Shown in pieces: positions 12,738 to 25,483 of a stretch of DNA of 64,000 bases (its first letter is position 1; each line of letters begins with the position of its first letter). The DNA comes from Felis catus. Taxonomy: Eukaryota. The position numbers and the translations under genes are program-made. The notes beneath the pieces are model-generated. The model made no database searches, had not been told where the DNA came from, and worked only from the letters and a program-made list of their open reading frames with translations. The DNA is taken from positions 183,584,001 through 183,648,000 of the forward strand of contig NC_058368.1 of assembly GCF_018350175.1 (NCBI RefSeq), read 5' to 3'.

Positions 12738-13200
12738 TGTATTGGTTTCTTATTGTTAATGTAACAAATTAACACACGTTTATTGGCTTGAAACAACACA
12801 AATTTGTTACATTACTACTTTAAAGTCAGAAGTCCAAAATATATCTCGCTTTGCTAAAATTCAAGTGTTGCCAGAACTGTTTCTAATCCAGGATGTTCTA
12901 GAGAAGAATTCATTTCTTTGCCTTTTCCAGCATCCAGAAACTGCCGCATTCCCTGGCTAATGGCTCTACCTGGCTCCAACTTCTGCTCCCATCATCAGAA
13001 CTCCTCTAACTCTGACTCTCTTCTCTTCACTTTACATGGACACTTTTGATTACACAGGACCAACCTGGATAATCCAGGATAATCTCTCTCATCAAGATCC
13101 TCCCTTAATTAGATCTGTAAAATCTCACATAACATGTACAGTAACATTTTCAGGTTCCAAAGTTATGACATCTTTGGGGGCCATCATTTCCCCTATAACA
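12738..13200 (-). mobile_element. MaLR solo LTR (MLT1C/D-like)
   Basis: TG...CA termini; 'aaacaacacaaattt', 'ttctttgccttttccagc', 'ataatccaggataatctc', 'acatctttgggggccatc'. Confidence 0.8.
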
Positions 13201-13572
13201 TTAGGCATCAAGGAAGTGCTTTCAAAATTATTAATTTAATGCACAAAAAATATTGAAGCCACACAAGTCTCCAACAATCCCAAATTTCTACAGGACTATA
13301 TGAGTTTAACACACTAAAAAACATTACATTTTCTATGACTTTTGGGATCAATTCGATTTGGCCTATTTTTTGTTATGTATCTTTACTTTTTGTTAGATGT
13401 CTATTCCTTCACCTTATAATGAGTCAGAAAAGATACTGCCCTTGATTCTCAAAATTTCAAAAGAATCAAGTTTATAACACCTTAGCATTTTACTTGCTTG
13501 AGACATAGAACTTCTAAAAAACTTTCTCACAAAATGTTCACAGCTGGAACCAGCTTAAAACAAAGACTATCA

Positions 13573-13770
13573 GGGCACCTAGGTGACTCAGTTGGTTGTG
13601 TCAGACTCTTGGTTTCAGCTCAGGTCATGATCTCATGGTTCATGAAGCCCTGTGTCAGGCTCTGTGATGACAGTGTAAAGCCTGCTTGGGATTCTCTCTC
13701 TCTCTTCCTCTCTCTCTCTCCTTCCCCCATCCTTACTCTATCTCCCTCTCAAAATAAAGTTTAAAAAAAG
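13573..13770 (+). mobile_element. SINEC
   Basis: SINEC head and body 'gcctgcttgggattctctctc', A tail. Confidence 0.9.
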
Positions 13771-13883
13771 AGAGAGAGAGAGAATCTCTTTTGATTCAAT
13801 GTTTCCGTGGTGAATATTTTCAAGCTTTAATCCTACCTATTTGATAAATTCTGGTTATTTGTTAAAAACATGATATCTTTTCA

Positions 13884-14076
13884 GAAACCTGGGTGGCTCA
13901 GTTGATTAAGTGTCTAATTTTGGCTCAGGTCATGATCTCACAGTTGGTGAGTTCAAGCCCCTGGTCAGGCTCTGTGCTCAGAGCCTGGACCCTGCTTTAG
14001 ATTCTGTGTCTCCCTCTCTCTCTGCACCTCCCTCATTTGCATTCTCTCTTTCTCTCAAAAGTAAACATGAAAAAAA
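13884..14076 (+). mobile_element. SINEC
   Basis: 'cctgggtggctcagttgattaag...ggctcaggtcatgatctcacag'. Confidence 0.9.
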
Positions 14077-14103
14077 CTTTTTTTTTAAACATGGTATCTT
14101 TTT

Positions 14104-14314
14104 TTTTTCAACGTTTATTTATTTTTTTGGGGACAGAGAGAGACAGAGCATGAACGGGGGAGGGGCAGAGAGAGAGGGAGACACAGAATCGGAAACAGGC
14201 TCCAGGCTCTGAGCCATCAGCCCAGAGCCTGACGCGGGGCTCATACTCATGGACTGCGAGATCATGACCTGGCTGAAGTCGGACACTTAACCGACTGTGC
14301 CACCCAGGCGTCCC
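14104..14314 (-). mobile_element. Young feline SINEC (SINEC_Fc-type)
   Basis: Reverse SINE with TSD taaacatggtatcttttt at 14086-14103 and 14315-14332. Confidence 0.96.
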
Positions 14315-14664
14315 TAAACATGGTATCTTTTTACACAGACACAGTATCCCTAGTAAATTAAAGACGTTCTTCTTCCTTCTTAACAGCAAATGATAATTAG
14401 TCAAATTTAACATCTTGTTCTTCTAACTCACTTTCACATTTAGAATTGGGGAGGTAAAAAATGGCTATCCTAGAGCAGAGTTCACTATTACAGTAACTAC
14501 TCTTAAAATCCTGTACAAATTCCAAGGCCCTTATTCCAAGGACAAGAAATTGTTATAAGTCTCTTCTTTCCCCTTCGTTCATTCATTTATTCACTAAATA
14601 AACATCTACCGATCTCACTATATGCTTGATGTCTCAAACAAATATAAAAACCTCTTAAGGCAGA

Positions 14665-14830
14665 AATGAGTAATGATTAAAGCACGGGCTTTGAAAATAG
14701 GTTTGTTTTCAAATTCTTGATAAATTAAGCAAGTAGACGCTTACCTTTAGTCTGACCCTCCTAAGTGATACAATTGTCATGAGGTCTCAATTAGCTAATA
14801 CGTTGAAAAAACTTAGCACAGGGAATAAGA
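14665..14830 (+). mobile_element. MIR relic
   Basis: 'taatgattaaagcacgggctttgaaaataggtttgttttcaaattctt...gttgaaaaaacttagcacag'. Confidence 0.5.
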
Positions 14831-15598
14831 TATCACTTAACTATCTGCAGAAACTAACACAGTACTAAGCAAATAATTCATAAACCAAAGTCTTTATTGT
14901 TTTATTAAATCATACCATATTGCCATTATATCTGCCATAAAGGATCCTAATGCAACTAGTTTTTTTTATTCAGATTTTAATATAAATCCCTCAAAATGTA
15001 TTAATTACTGAAAGTAATTTATAAACTAAGACAATCTGGCTTGTTAGAGATATGACTTCTTACATTATAATGTTATAAAATATCTCAATATTTTATTTAG
15101 TTAATAAAATCTGGGTATAGATTTCAAGCTTCTTTGTTGAATTTGCAGAAGCTGCCATATTCAGCACTTCTTAGAGCATCTATGAGTTTATCAGAATCTT
15201 CTTAGTGACAAAATAAAGCAAAGCTTACTTCTTTTGGGGTTTTAGAGGCAGGGAGAAAACTAAGATATATCTCATAATTTTAGATAAAACTGAACACTTG
15301 TTTAAGAATGAAAAATAGATCTCTACAACAGGCAAAAACTAAGCTCCAAGGACGTTAAAACAGGAAGACCAGCTGAAGTAACCAGAAGTGTGAGCCTAAT
15401 ATAGCCACAGAGAAGGTGGCTATATTATCCTCTTATGGGAGGATGAACAGAAACTTGGATAGGATCAGAGAAAGAGGCAATGAAGAATGACTTTTGATAT
15501 GCATGTTTCTGTTGGTTAGTTAATTGGCTTGATCGTGTTTAAGTATGTGATTCTAAGGCTCAGGGTTTGAGAATATCATCAGAACTACAGAATTTACG

Positions 15599-16527
15599 GG
15601 CGGAGGGAGGGAAGATGGCGGTGTAGGAGGATGCTGGGCTCACCGCACATCCTGCTGATCACTTAGATTCCACCTACACCTGCCTAACTAACCCAGAAAA
15701 CCACCAGAAGACTAGCAGAAGGGAGTCTCCGGAGCCAAGCGCAGATGAGAGGCCCACGGAAGAGGGTAGGAAGGACAGAGAGGCGGTGCGTGCTCCACCG
15801 ACTGGCGGGAGGGAGCCGGGGTGTAGGGGCGGCCTGCTGGCCAAGCAGAGCCCCCGTCTGGCTGGCAAAAGCAGAGGGGCCAGATGGAGTGTGTTCCCAC
15901 AGCAAGCACGACTTAGCATCTGGGAGGTCATAAGTTAACAGCTCTGCTCAGAGAGTGGGAGGGCTGGAGGACAACGGGAGGGAGAGTTGCTGAGCCCCCA
16001 GACGACAGAGCTCAGTTTGGTGGGGAACAAAGGCGCTCGCCAGCGCCATCTCCCTCGCCCATCTCCCAGCCAAAATCCTAAAGGGAACCAGTCCCTGCCA
16101 GGGAACTTGCTTGCTCCGTGCAAACACCCAACGCTGTGCTTCTGCGGAGCCAACCCTCTGGCAGCGGGTCTGACTCCCTCCTGCTGCCACAGGGCCCCTC
16201 CTGAAGTGGATCACCTAAGGAGAAGCAAGCTAAGCCTGCCCCTCCTGCCCCCGTGCACCTTGCCTACCCACCCCAGCTAATACACCAGATCCCCAGCACC
16301 ACAAGCCTGGCAGTGTGCAAGTAACCCAGACGGGCCATGCCACCCCACAGTGAATCCCGCCCCTAGGAGAGGGGAAGAGAAGGCACATACCAGTCTGACT
16401 GTGGCCCCAGCGGTGGGCTGGGGGCAGACATCAGGTCTGATTGCGGCCCTGCCCACCAACTCCAGTTATACACCACAGCACAGGGGAAGTGCCCTGCAGG
16501 TCTGCACCACTCCAGGGACTATCCAAA
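15599..16527 (+). promoter_or_regulatory. L1 5'UTR internal promoter (GC-rich, partly CpG-decayed)
   Basis: The most GC-rich stretch in the window; begins with a YY1-type 'aagatggcg' motif. Promoter function is inferred from known L1 biology. Confidence 0.75.
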
Positions 16528-17410
16528 ATGACCAAACGGAAGAATTCCCCTCAGAAGAATCTCCAGGAAATAACAACAGCCAATGAACTGATCAAAAAGG
16601 ATTTAAATAATATAACAGAAAGCGAATTTAGAATAATAGTCATAAAATTAATTGCTGGGCTTGAAAACAGTATAGAGGACAGCAGAGAATCTCTTGCTAC
16701 AGACATCAAAGGACTAAGGAATAGGAGGAGCTGAAAAACTCTTTAAACGAAATGCAAAATAAAATGGAAACGACGGCTCGGATTGAAGAGGCAGAGGAGA
16801 AAATAGGTGAACTAGAAGATAAAGTTATGGAAAAAGAGGAAGCTGAGAAAAAGAGAGATAAAAAAATCCAGGAGTATGAGGGGAAAATTAGAGAACTTAA
16901 GTGATACACTAAAAAGAAATAATATACGCATAATTGGTATCCCAGAGGAGGAAGAGAGAGGGAAAGCTGCTGAAGGTGTACTTGAAGAAATCATAGCTGA
17001 GAACTTCCCTGAACTGGGGAAGGAAAAAGGCATTGAAATCCAAGAGGCACAGAGAACTACTTTCAGACGTAACTTGAATCGATCTTCTGCACGACATATA
17101 GTGAAACTGGCAAAATACAAGGATAAAGAGAAAATTCTGAAAGCAGGAAGGGATAAACGTGTCCTAACTTATAAAGGGAGACCCATAAGACTCATGACTG
17201 ATCTCTCCTTTGAAACTTGGCAGGCCATAAAGAATTGGCACGAGCTCTGCAATGTATTGAACAGAAAAAATATGCAGCCGAGAATCCTTTATCCAGCAAG
17301 TCTGTCATTTAGAATAGAAGGAGAGATAAAGGTCTTCCCAAACAAACAAAAACTGAAGGAATTTGTCACCACTAAACCAGCCCTACAAGAGATCCTAAGG
17401 GGATCCTGTG
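16528..17410 (+). pseudogene. L1 ORF1 (RNA-binding/chaperone protein), frameshifted
   Basis: Reads MTKRKNSPQKNLQE...; frameshifts near 16722 and 16898; RRM/CTD-like 'KRNNIRIIGIPEEEE...ENFPEL...PRILYPASLSFRIEGEIKVF'. Confidence 0.92.
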
Positions 17411-17461
17411 AGACAACGTGCCAGAGACATCGCTACAAGCAAGAAACCTACTGACATCACA

Positions 17462-20400
17462 ATGACTCTAAACCCGTATCTTTCTATAATAACACTGAAT
17501 GTAAATGGATTAAATGCGCCAACCAAAAGACATAGTGTATCAGAATGGATAAAAAAACAAGACCCATCTATTTGCTGTCTATAAGAGACTCATTTTAGAT
17601 CTGAGGACACCTTTAGATTGAGAGTGAGGGAATGGAGAACTATTTATCATGCGACTGGAAGCCAAAAGAAAGCTGGAGTAGCCATACTTATATCAGACAA
17701 ACTAGACTTTAAATTAAAGGCTGTAGCAAGAGATGAAGAAGGGCATTATATAATAATTACAGGGTCTATCCATCAGTAAGAGCTAACAATTATAAATGTC
17801 TATGCGCCGAATACCGGAGCCCCCAAATATATAAAACAATTACTCATAAACACAGGCAACCTTATTGATAAGAATGTGGTAATTGCAGGGGACTTTAACA
17901 ACCCACTTACAGAAATGGATAGATCATCTAGACACACGGTCAATAAAGAAACAAGGGCCCTGAATGACACATTGGATCAGATGGACTTGACAGATATATT
18001 TAGAACTCTGCATCCCAAAGCAACAGAATAAACTTTCTTCTCGAGTGCACATGGAACATTCTCCAAGACAGATCATATACTGGGTCACAAAACAGCCCTT
18101 CATAAGTATACAAGAATTGAAATTATACCATGCATACTTTCAGACCACAATGCTATGAAAGTTGAAATCAACCACAGGAAAAAGTCTGGAAACCCTCCAA
18201 AGGCATGGAGGTTAAAGAACACCCTACTAACGAATGAGTGGGTCAACCAGGCAATTAGAGAAGACATTAAAAAATATATGGAAACAAACGAAAATGAAAA
18301 TACAACAATCCAAACGCTTTGGGATGCAGCGAAGGCAGTCCTGAGAGGAAAATACATTGCCATCCAGGCCTATCTCAAGAAACAAGAAAAATCCCAACTA
18401 CAAAATCTAACAGCACACCTAAAGGAAATAGAAGCAGAACAGCAAAGGCAGCCTAAACCCAGCAGAAGAAGAGAAATAATAAAGATCAGAGCAGAAATAA
18501 ACAATATAGAACCTAAAAAAACTGTAGAGCAGATCAACAAAACCAAGAGTTGGTTTTTTGAAAAAATAAACAAAATTGACAAACCTCTAGCCAGGCTTCT
18601 CAAAAAGAAAAGGGAGATGACCCAAATAGATAAAATCATGAATGAAAGTGGAATTATTGCAACCAATCCCTCAGAGATACAAACAATTATCAGGGAATAC
18701 TATGAAAAATTATATGCCAACAAACTGGACAACCTGGAAGAAATGGATAAATTCCTAAACACCCACACGCTTCCAAAACTCAATCAGGAAGAAATAGAAA
18801 GCTTGAACAGACCCATAACCAGCAAAGAAATTGAATCGGTTATCAAAAATCTCCCAACAAATAAGAGTCCAGGACCAGATGGCTTCCCAGGGGAGTTCTA
18901 CCAGACGTTTAAAGCAGAGATAATCCCTATCCTTCTCAAGCTATTCCAAGAAATAGAAAGGGAAGGAAAACTTCCAGACTCATTCTATGAAGCCAGTATT
19001 ACTTTGATTCCTAAACCAGACAGAGACCCAGTAAAAAAAGAGAACTACAGGCAATATCCCTGAAGAATATGGATGTGAAAAATTCTCAATAAGATACTAA
19101 CAAATCGAATTCAACAGCATATAAAAAGAATTATTCACCATGATCAAGTGGGATTCATTCCTGAGATGCAGGGCTGGTTCAACATTCGCGAATCAATCAA
19201 TGTGATCCATCACATTAATAAAAGAAAAGATAAGAACCATATGATCCTGTCAATCAATGCAGAAAAGGCCTTTGACAAAATCCAGCACCCTTTCTTAATA
19301 AAAGCCCTCGAGAAAGTCGGGATAGAAGGAACATACTTAAACATCATAAAAGCCATTTATGAAAAGCCCATAGCTAACATCATCCTCAATGGGGAAAAAC
19401 TGAGAGCTTTTTCCCTGAGATCAGGAACACGACAGGGATGCCCACTCTCACCGCTGTTGTTTAACATAGTGTTGGAAGTTCTAGCATCAGCAATCAGACA
19501 ACAAAAGGAAATCAAAGGCATCAAAATTGGCAAAGATGAAGTCAAGCTTTCGCTTTTAGCAGATGACATGATATTATACATGGAAAATCCGATACACTCC
19601 ACCAAAAGTCTGCTAGAACTGATACATGAATTCAGCAAAGTTGCAGGATACAAAATCAATGTACAGAAATCAGTTGCATTCTTATACACTAACAATGAAG
19701 CAACAGAAAGACAAATAAAGAAACTGATCCCATTCACAATTGCACCAAGAAGCATAAAATACCTAGGGATAAATATAACCAAAGATGTAAAAGATCTGTA
19801 TGCTGAAAAATATAGAAAGCTTATGAAGGAAATTGAAGAAGATATAAAGAAATGGAAAGACATTCCCTGCTCATGGATTGGAAGAATAAATATTGTCAAA
19901 ATGTCAATACTACCCAAAGCTATCTACACATTCAATGCAATCCCAATCAAAATTGCGCCAGCATTCTTCTCGAAACTAGAACAAGCAATTCTAAAATTCA
20001 TATGGAAACACAAAAGGCCCCAAATAGCCAAAGTAATTTTGAAGAAGAAGACCAAAGCAGGAGGCATCACAATCCCAGACATTAGCCTCTACTACAAAGC
20101 TGTCATCATCAAGACAGCATGATATTGGCACAAAAACAGACACATAGACCAATGGAATAGAATAGAAACCCCAGAACTAGACCCACAAACGTATGGCCAA
20201 CTAATCTTTGACAAACCAGGAAAGAATATCCAATGGAAAAAAGACAGTCTCTTTAACAAATGGTGCTGGGAAGACTGGACAGCAACATGCAGAAGGTTGA
20301 AACTAGACACTTTCTCACACCATTCACAAAAATAAACTCAAAATGGATAAAGGACCTGAATGTGAGACAGGAAACCATCAAAACCCTAGAGGAGAAAGCA

Positions 20401-21297
20401 GGAAAAGACCTCTCTGACCTCAGCCGTAGCAATCTCTTATTCTACACATCCCCAAAGGCAAGGGAATTAAAAGCAAAAATGAATTACTGGGACCTTATGA
20501 AGATAAAAAGGTTCTGCACACCAAAGGAAACAACCCACAAAACTAAAAGACAACCAACGGAATGGGAAAAGATATTCGCAAATGACATATCGGACAAAGG
20601 GCTAGTATCCAAAATCTATAAAGAGCTCACCAAACTCCACACCCGAAAAACAAATAACCCAGTGAAGAAATGGGCAGAAAACATGAATAGACACTTCTCT
20701 AAAGAAGACATCCGGATGGCCAACAGGCATATGAAAAGATGCTCAACGTCGCTCCTCACCAGGGAAATACAAATCAAAACCACACTCAGGTATCACCTCA
20801 CGCCAGTCAGAGTGGCCAAAATGAACAAATCAGGAGACTATAGATGCTGGAGAGGATGTGGAGAAACAGGAACCCTCTTGCACTGTTGGTGGGAATGCAA
20901 ATTGGTGCAGCCGCTCTGGAAAACAGTTCGTCAAAAAATTTGGAGATTCCTCAAAGTTTTAAAAATAGACCTACCCTATGACCCAGCTATAGCACTGCTA
21001 GGAATTTACCCAAGGGATACAGGAGTACTGATGCATAGGGGCACTTGTACCCCAATGTTCATAGCAGCACTCTCACCAATAGTCAAATTATGGAAAGAGC
21101 CTAAATGTCCATCAACTGATGAATGGATAAAGAAATTGTGGTTTATATACACAATGGAATACTACATGGCAATGAGAAAGAATGAAGTATGGCCTTTTGT
21201 AGCAACGTGGATGGAACTGGAGAGTGTGATGCTAAGTGAAATAAGCCATACAGAGAAAGACAGATACCATGTGTTTTCACTCTTACATGGATCCTGA
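17462..21297 (+). pseudogene. L1 ORF2 (APE endonuclease, reverse transcriptase, C-terminal Cys-rich domain), disrupted
   Basis: Start MTLNPYLSIITLNVNG; stops at 17582, 17777 and 20120; frameshifts at ~19052, ~19080 and ~20308. Motifs '[10 protein letters not shown]', 'LADDMILY' (consensus FADD) and '[18 protein letters not shown]'. Confidence 0.96.
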
Positions 21298-24179
21298 GAA
21301 ACTTAATAGAAACCCATGGGGGAGAGGAAGGAAAAAAAAAAAAGAGGTTAGAGTGGGAGAGAGCCAAAGCATAAGAGACTCTTAAAAACTGAGAACAAAC
21401 TGAGGGTTGATGGGGGGTGGGAAGGAGGGGAGGGTGGGTGATGGGTATTGAGGAGGGCACCTTTTGGGATGAGCACTGGGTGTTGTATGGAAACCAATCT
21501 GACAATAAATTTCATATATTGAAAAAGAAAAAAAAAGAACTACAGAATTTACGATTCTCTTTTTGTCCCCAGTCAAGTCAATATATATAATGTCTCATGA
21601 AGGTCCATACCTACATGCTTGGCTTGGTCTTCTGTCTGGCATTGCTACTTGGGGGAAATGGTGTTCTGGAAGGGGCAAAAGCGCAAGGGCTCCTGGTGCC
21701 AGATTTGAGCACTTAGAACAGCTACCCTTATTCTGCACACGAGTGCTATACGCAACCAGAAGAGAAATACCCCACGTAGTCAACAGATTTATTAAGTAAT
21801 TTTAGATTTCTACAATTTGGTGTTTGTTATTAAAAGTCACAGCAACCAATGAGACTCTTTGGAATAGTTCTATGCTATTCTATAAACTGGACACAAGGTA
21901 TGAATTTTGTAAAATCATTTCTGGCATACTATTTTAAGCTAACGTGGCATTTTTTTGAGAAATCTGGTAAGTCTAATAATCAGCAAATCAAGTTACATAA
22001 AGTAATGGAAGACCGCTATATATAGAACGCACATGGCTGAGTCACAACTACCAGAATGAAGTATATATTGTGAAATAATTATAACAGGTTTGATTCCTAG
22101 ATATAAAACATGTCAAGTCAGTAAGACACATAGAAAAATGGAAGAGGTGAAGAGGAAGAGGCTATAGAGGGCCATGTTCTAAAGACATGTTCTTAAAGAC
22201 ACCCAGCTGACATTCAATGGAAAGGAGCAGAGTGTCTGTGCAAAGCTGATGAGACAGGCACTTAGCCTGTCTCCTGGCAATAAAGCCCTGTCTTAATATT
22301 AGTGATGTTATCATGAGAAAAGCCATATGTTAACAAAATAAACTAATTTGACCTAAGATGATATCACAAGGGGATGGAATAGGGCTGCAAATAAAAGAAT
22401 CTCAAAACTTTTTGAAAACTCAAGCTTTGTTACTTTTCCAGCTGATACTGTCATCTGCCTAGAGGTTTATAAACCCATTTACTTCACGTGTGGGTTGTAT
22501 GGCTCCATAAGAAGAAAGTCTAGAGTTAAAAAGTGGTGGGATTAATGTTCTAGGAATGGTGATTTCTGTGACATAGAATTCCTTACCAGACACTCTGGAA
22601 ATTACTGTTTACTTTGCTTGCCTAATGGTGTCATTGAGAAATATCAAGCACTAATCCTCAAAACAGAAATTAGAATCAATGCCCAACACATTGAAGTGAA
22701 ATGATCATTCTTGAAATACCCAGAAAGGGAAGTATCTTAATAGTCCATTTCTTCCAAATGTTCCAATACTGATATTTTGCCTGATCCTGTAAGTCTGCAA
22801 TAAAGGCATACATATATAGTTGAACAAGAATATACAACTATTTGTACTCTCCTAATGCGGTTTGCCATAATCTTCTGGTTGACACTGTATCAGGGATCCT
22901 CATAATAAAGAGCAAATAAGTAACTACTTCAAACCCAAAATTAAATATGAGCAATCAATTTCTCTTAGAAAGGGTGAATTTTTATAATTTGTTTTTGCCT
23001 TATCCTTGCTCAAATAAATTTTCATGTGAAGTTTATAGAGAATCTTTTGTGGCAATACTCAGGTATTACAACAACACATTCCTCTCCTTTAATGGTACAT
23101 ACACATATGGGTAAAATGACAAGTGCTCAGATTGACTCAGTTAATGGTTTGTGCCCTTAAAATTTGTGAAACATAATCACTCCATTCATCATTTGCAAAA
23201 ATGAAATTTTTATCTTCTATAGCATGAAATTAGGTGGCTGAAGGCTAGAAGTACAAATCCATCTTCTACTAATAAGGTATTAAGAAGCACAAGCAAACAG
23301 TACACTAGCTTCTCCTAAACTACAGACACAAAGAAGTGGTAAGCCACATGAAATATTCACCATCAGGACTTTCGAGGTAGGCAGATTCACAACAACAGCA
23401 CACAAGCTTTGTCAGGAATCGTTGAGAGATTGAAAGCATACTTAAAGGATTTATTAAAGCAATAGAAGCAACCTCAACTCTAGTTACCATGATTGCAGGG
23501 ATTTTTATGGCCATGTATTTAATCTTCCTGTGCTGTAACAGATAAGTTATGCTTTCAACTGATTTGTGTACAAAGAGTTTTCTCAATCTTTTCTAGTACT
23601 ATATAGTACTGAGGTGTCGCTTTTTGACTTGCTAAGCGAAGCATTAATAGGACTCTCAGCAGCAAGATAGAATAGGCAATAAATATAAAGGTTTAATGTT
23701 ACAATGATTTATGCTGTAGGGAATATTGGCTTAGATTATAAGGTATGATTATCTTTTATAATAAGAAATTATGAGAAAAATAGAATGTCAGCAAAAGTAC
23801 TTTCTAATGCTCTCTTATCGGTGCGATCTTTTTACATGAATATATTGGAGGTATAATCTCGATTTGCTGAATAGTAAAGGTGATTTAAATAGATGCTCAA
23901 TAAAATACTGCTGTTCTTAGAGAGGGTTTTTTTACGGATTGACATTGGTCTTTTAGTATTCGACCATCTCATTCAGCTATAGTATTTCATTGGAAAAATA
24001 ATTTGTTTGGTGAATGTTTTATGAGTGGATGAAAACAGCAGACAATTCTTGTAGTAATGGGAACCAGAATAAAAGACCATTATACCACTCACCCCTTATA
24101 AACACCAGGTGGTAATAGGTTTATGTATAAAGTAACATGAGTTCCTAGCACTTTAGGAATGCTACTATTTTTTGCACAC

Positions 24180-24530
24180 TGATTAATTATCTTTTGCTGC
24201 CAAATAAATTACCCCCAAATTTTGTGACTTTAAACAACATTTTTAATCTCAGTTTCTGTACATCAGAATCCAAGTACAACTTAGTCAGGTGTCTGTGACT
24301 CAACATTTCTCAATGAAGGTTTGTAGTCAAGCTGTAGGCCATGCCTTTGCACTTCTGTGAAGGCTCAAGTGCAATGCAAGATTTGTGTCCAAATCTTGTG
24401 TGATTGTTGGAAGGCTTTATTTAGTTCTTCACAAGATTTTAACCACGGTCCTTATTTCCTCATAATGTGTTGAAGCTCAGGGCCTTAGTTCCTCATTAAA
24501 TGTTTTGGACTGCTTGACAGGGCATCATTT
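24180..24530 (-). mobile_element. MaLR LTR relic (MLT1E/F/G-like)
   Basis: 'ttgctgccaaataaattacccccaaattttgtgactttaaacaacattt...cagtttctgtacatcagaatcc'. Confidence 0.7.
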
Positions 24531-25269
24531 ACCCTCAATATATTCAAATTATTGAGCATGTAATAAATGGACTATGAAGTCTTCTAAGAGTCTGCCTTAC
24601 CCAACTATTCATTCAAAATTATTTGAAATAGTACACAAAAGCCCGTATTGGAAAGATGTGAGATTTGAGCCTAGTATCTTCAAAACATTTTTTTAATGTG
24701 TGTTAGGTATATATAATTAAATTGCTCTGTATATTCAATTATTTATAATGCCAAACATACGGATCCATTGTCACCATAAACATTTAGCCTTGCAACCACC
24801 TGATCCCATTTGGGGTTTGAAAATACGTTCAGCACAGTTATACTTTAGATATGACATTCAAAACTATAATTGCATCGAAGGATGAAGGTTCCTATTAAAA
24901 AGTCCTAAAGTTTAAATTTTAGAGAAATACTCCAAAAGGTATGTAATACAAATGAAGGTCAAGAGTGGGTGTTTATGGATGCAAGTATTCAATAAATGTG
25001 GTATTCTTTCTCTTCTGGAAGGATTGTATGACAAAGGAGGGTTATGACTTCTAATACAACATTAAACAAAGTTAGGAGAAAACTTTAAGATGGGAAAACT
25101 AGTCCTTAGATTTGTCTCTCAAATTTCTGCACAAATATCCCACAATAACACAGATCCTTAACTAGGAAGCATTTCTTATTTGAATTTATATCTACTGTAT
25201 TCTTCTTTGAGCTATCACTAACATATACATCAACTATTAACAGTAACTATCATATTAATTTAAGAAATT

Positions 25270-25483
25270 TTTTTTCAACGTTTATTTATTTTTGGGACAG
25301 AGAGAGACAGAGCATGAACGGGGGAGGGGCAGAGAGAGAGGGAGACACAGAATCGGAAACAGGCTCCAGGCTCTGAGCCATCAGCCCAGAGCCTGACGCG
25401 GGGCTCGAACTCACGGACCGGACCGCGAGATGGTGACCTCGCTGAAGTCGGACGCTTAACCGACTGCGCCACCCAGGCGCCCC
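25270..25483 (-). mobile_element. Young feline SINEC (SINEC_Fc-type)
   Basis: Perfect TSD TAATTTAAGAAATT at 25256-25269 and 25484-25497; internal 'ggacc' duplication. Confidence 0.97.

Larger units (their letters stand above)
15599..21535 (+). mobile_element. Full-length feline LINE-1 (L1_Fc-like), retrotransposition-defective
   Basis: GC-rich 5'UTR starting 'ggcggagggagggaagatggcg', ORF1, ORF2, G-rich 3'UTR, AATAAA and A tail. Perfect 18-bp TSD AGAACTACAGAATTTACG at 15581-15598 and 21536-21553. Confidence 0.98.

Noticed and set aside
15674..16586. Cluster of overlapping sense and antisense ORFs (ORF0-like?)
   Set aside because: Expected in a GC-rich L1 5'UTR with few stop codons; many use non-ATG starts and none resembles a protein I recognise.
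19357..19917. 186-aa antisense ORF
   Set aside because: A shadow of L1 ORF2 on the opposite strand.
16441..21297. Long ORFs (192-345 aa) with RT and endonuclease similarity as a novel RT system
   Set aside because: They are fragments of an ordinary LINE-1 ORF1/ORF2 inside a TSD-bounded element.
21411..21445. G-quadruplex-like tract
   Set aside because: Standard G-rich L1 3'UTR feature.
21611..21745. Possible 135-bp minus-strand exon (TAG acceptor, AG|GTATGG donor, one open frame)
   Set aside because: Mediocre splice signals and an unrecognisable peptide; such pseudo-exons are common. Only RNA-seq could rescue it.
23595..23610. Perfect 16-bp palindrome AGTACTATATAGTACT
   Set aside because: About one is expected by chance in 64 kb (64000/4^8), more in AT-rich DNA.
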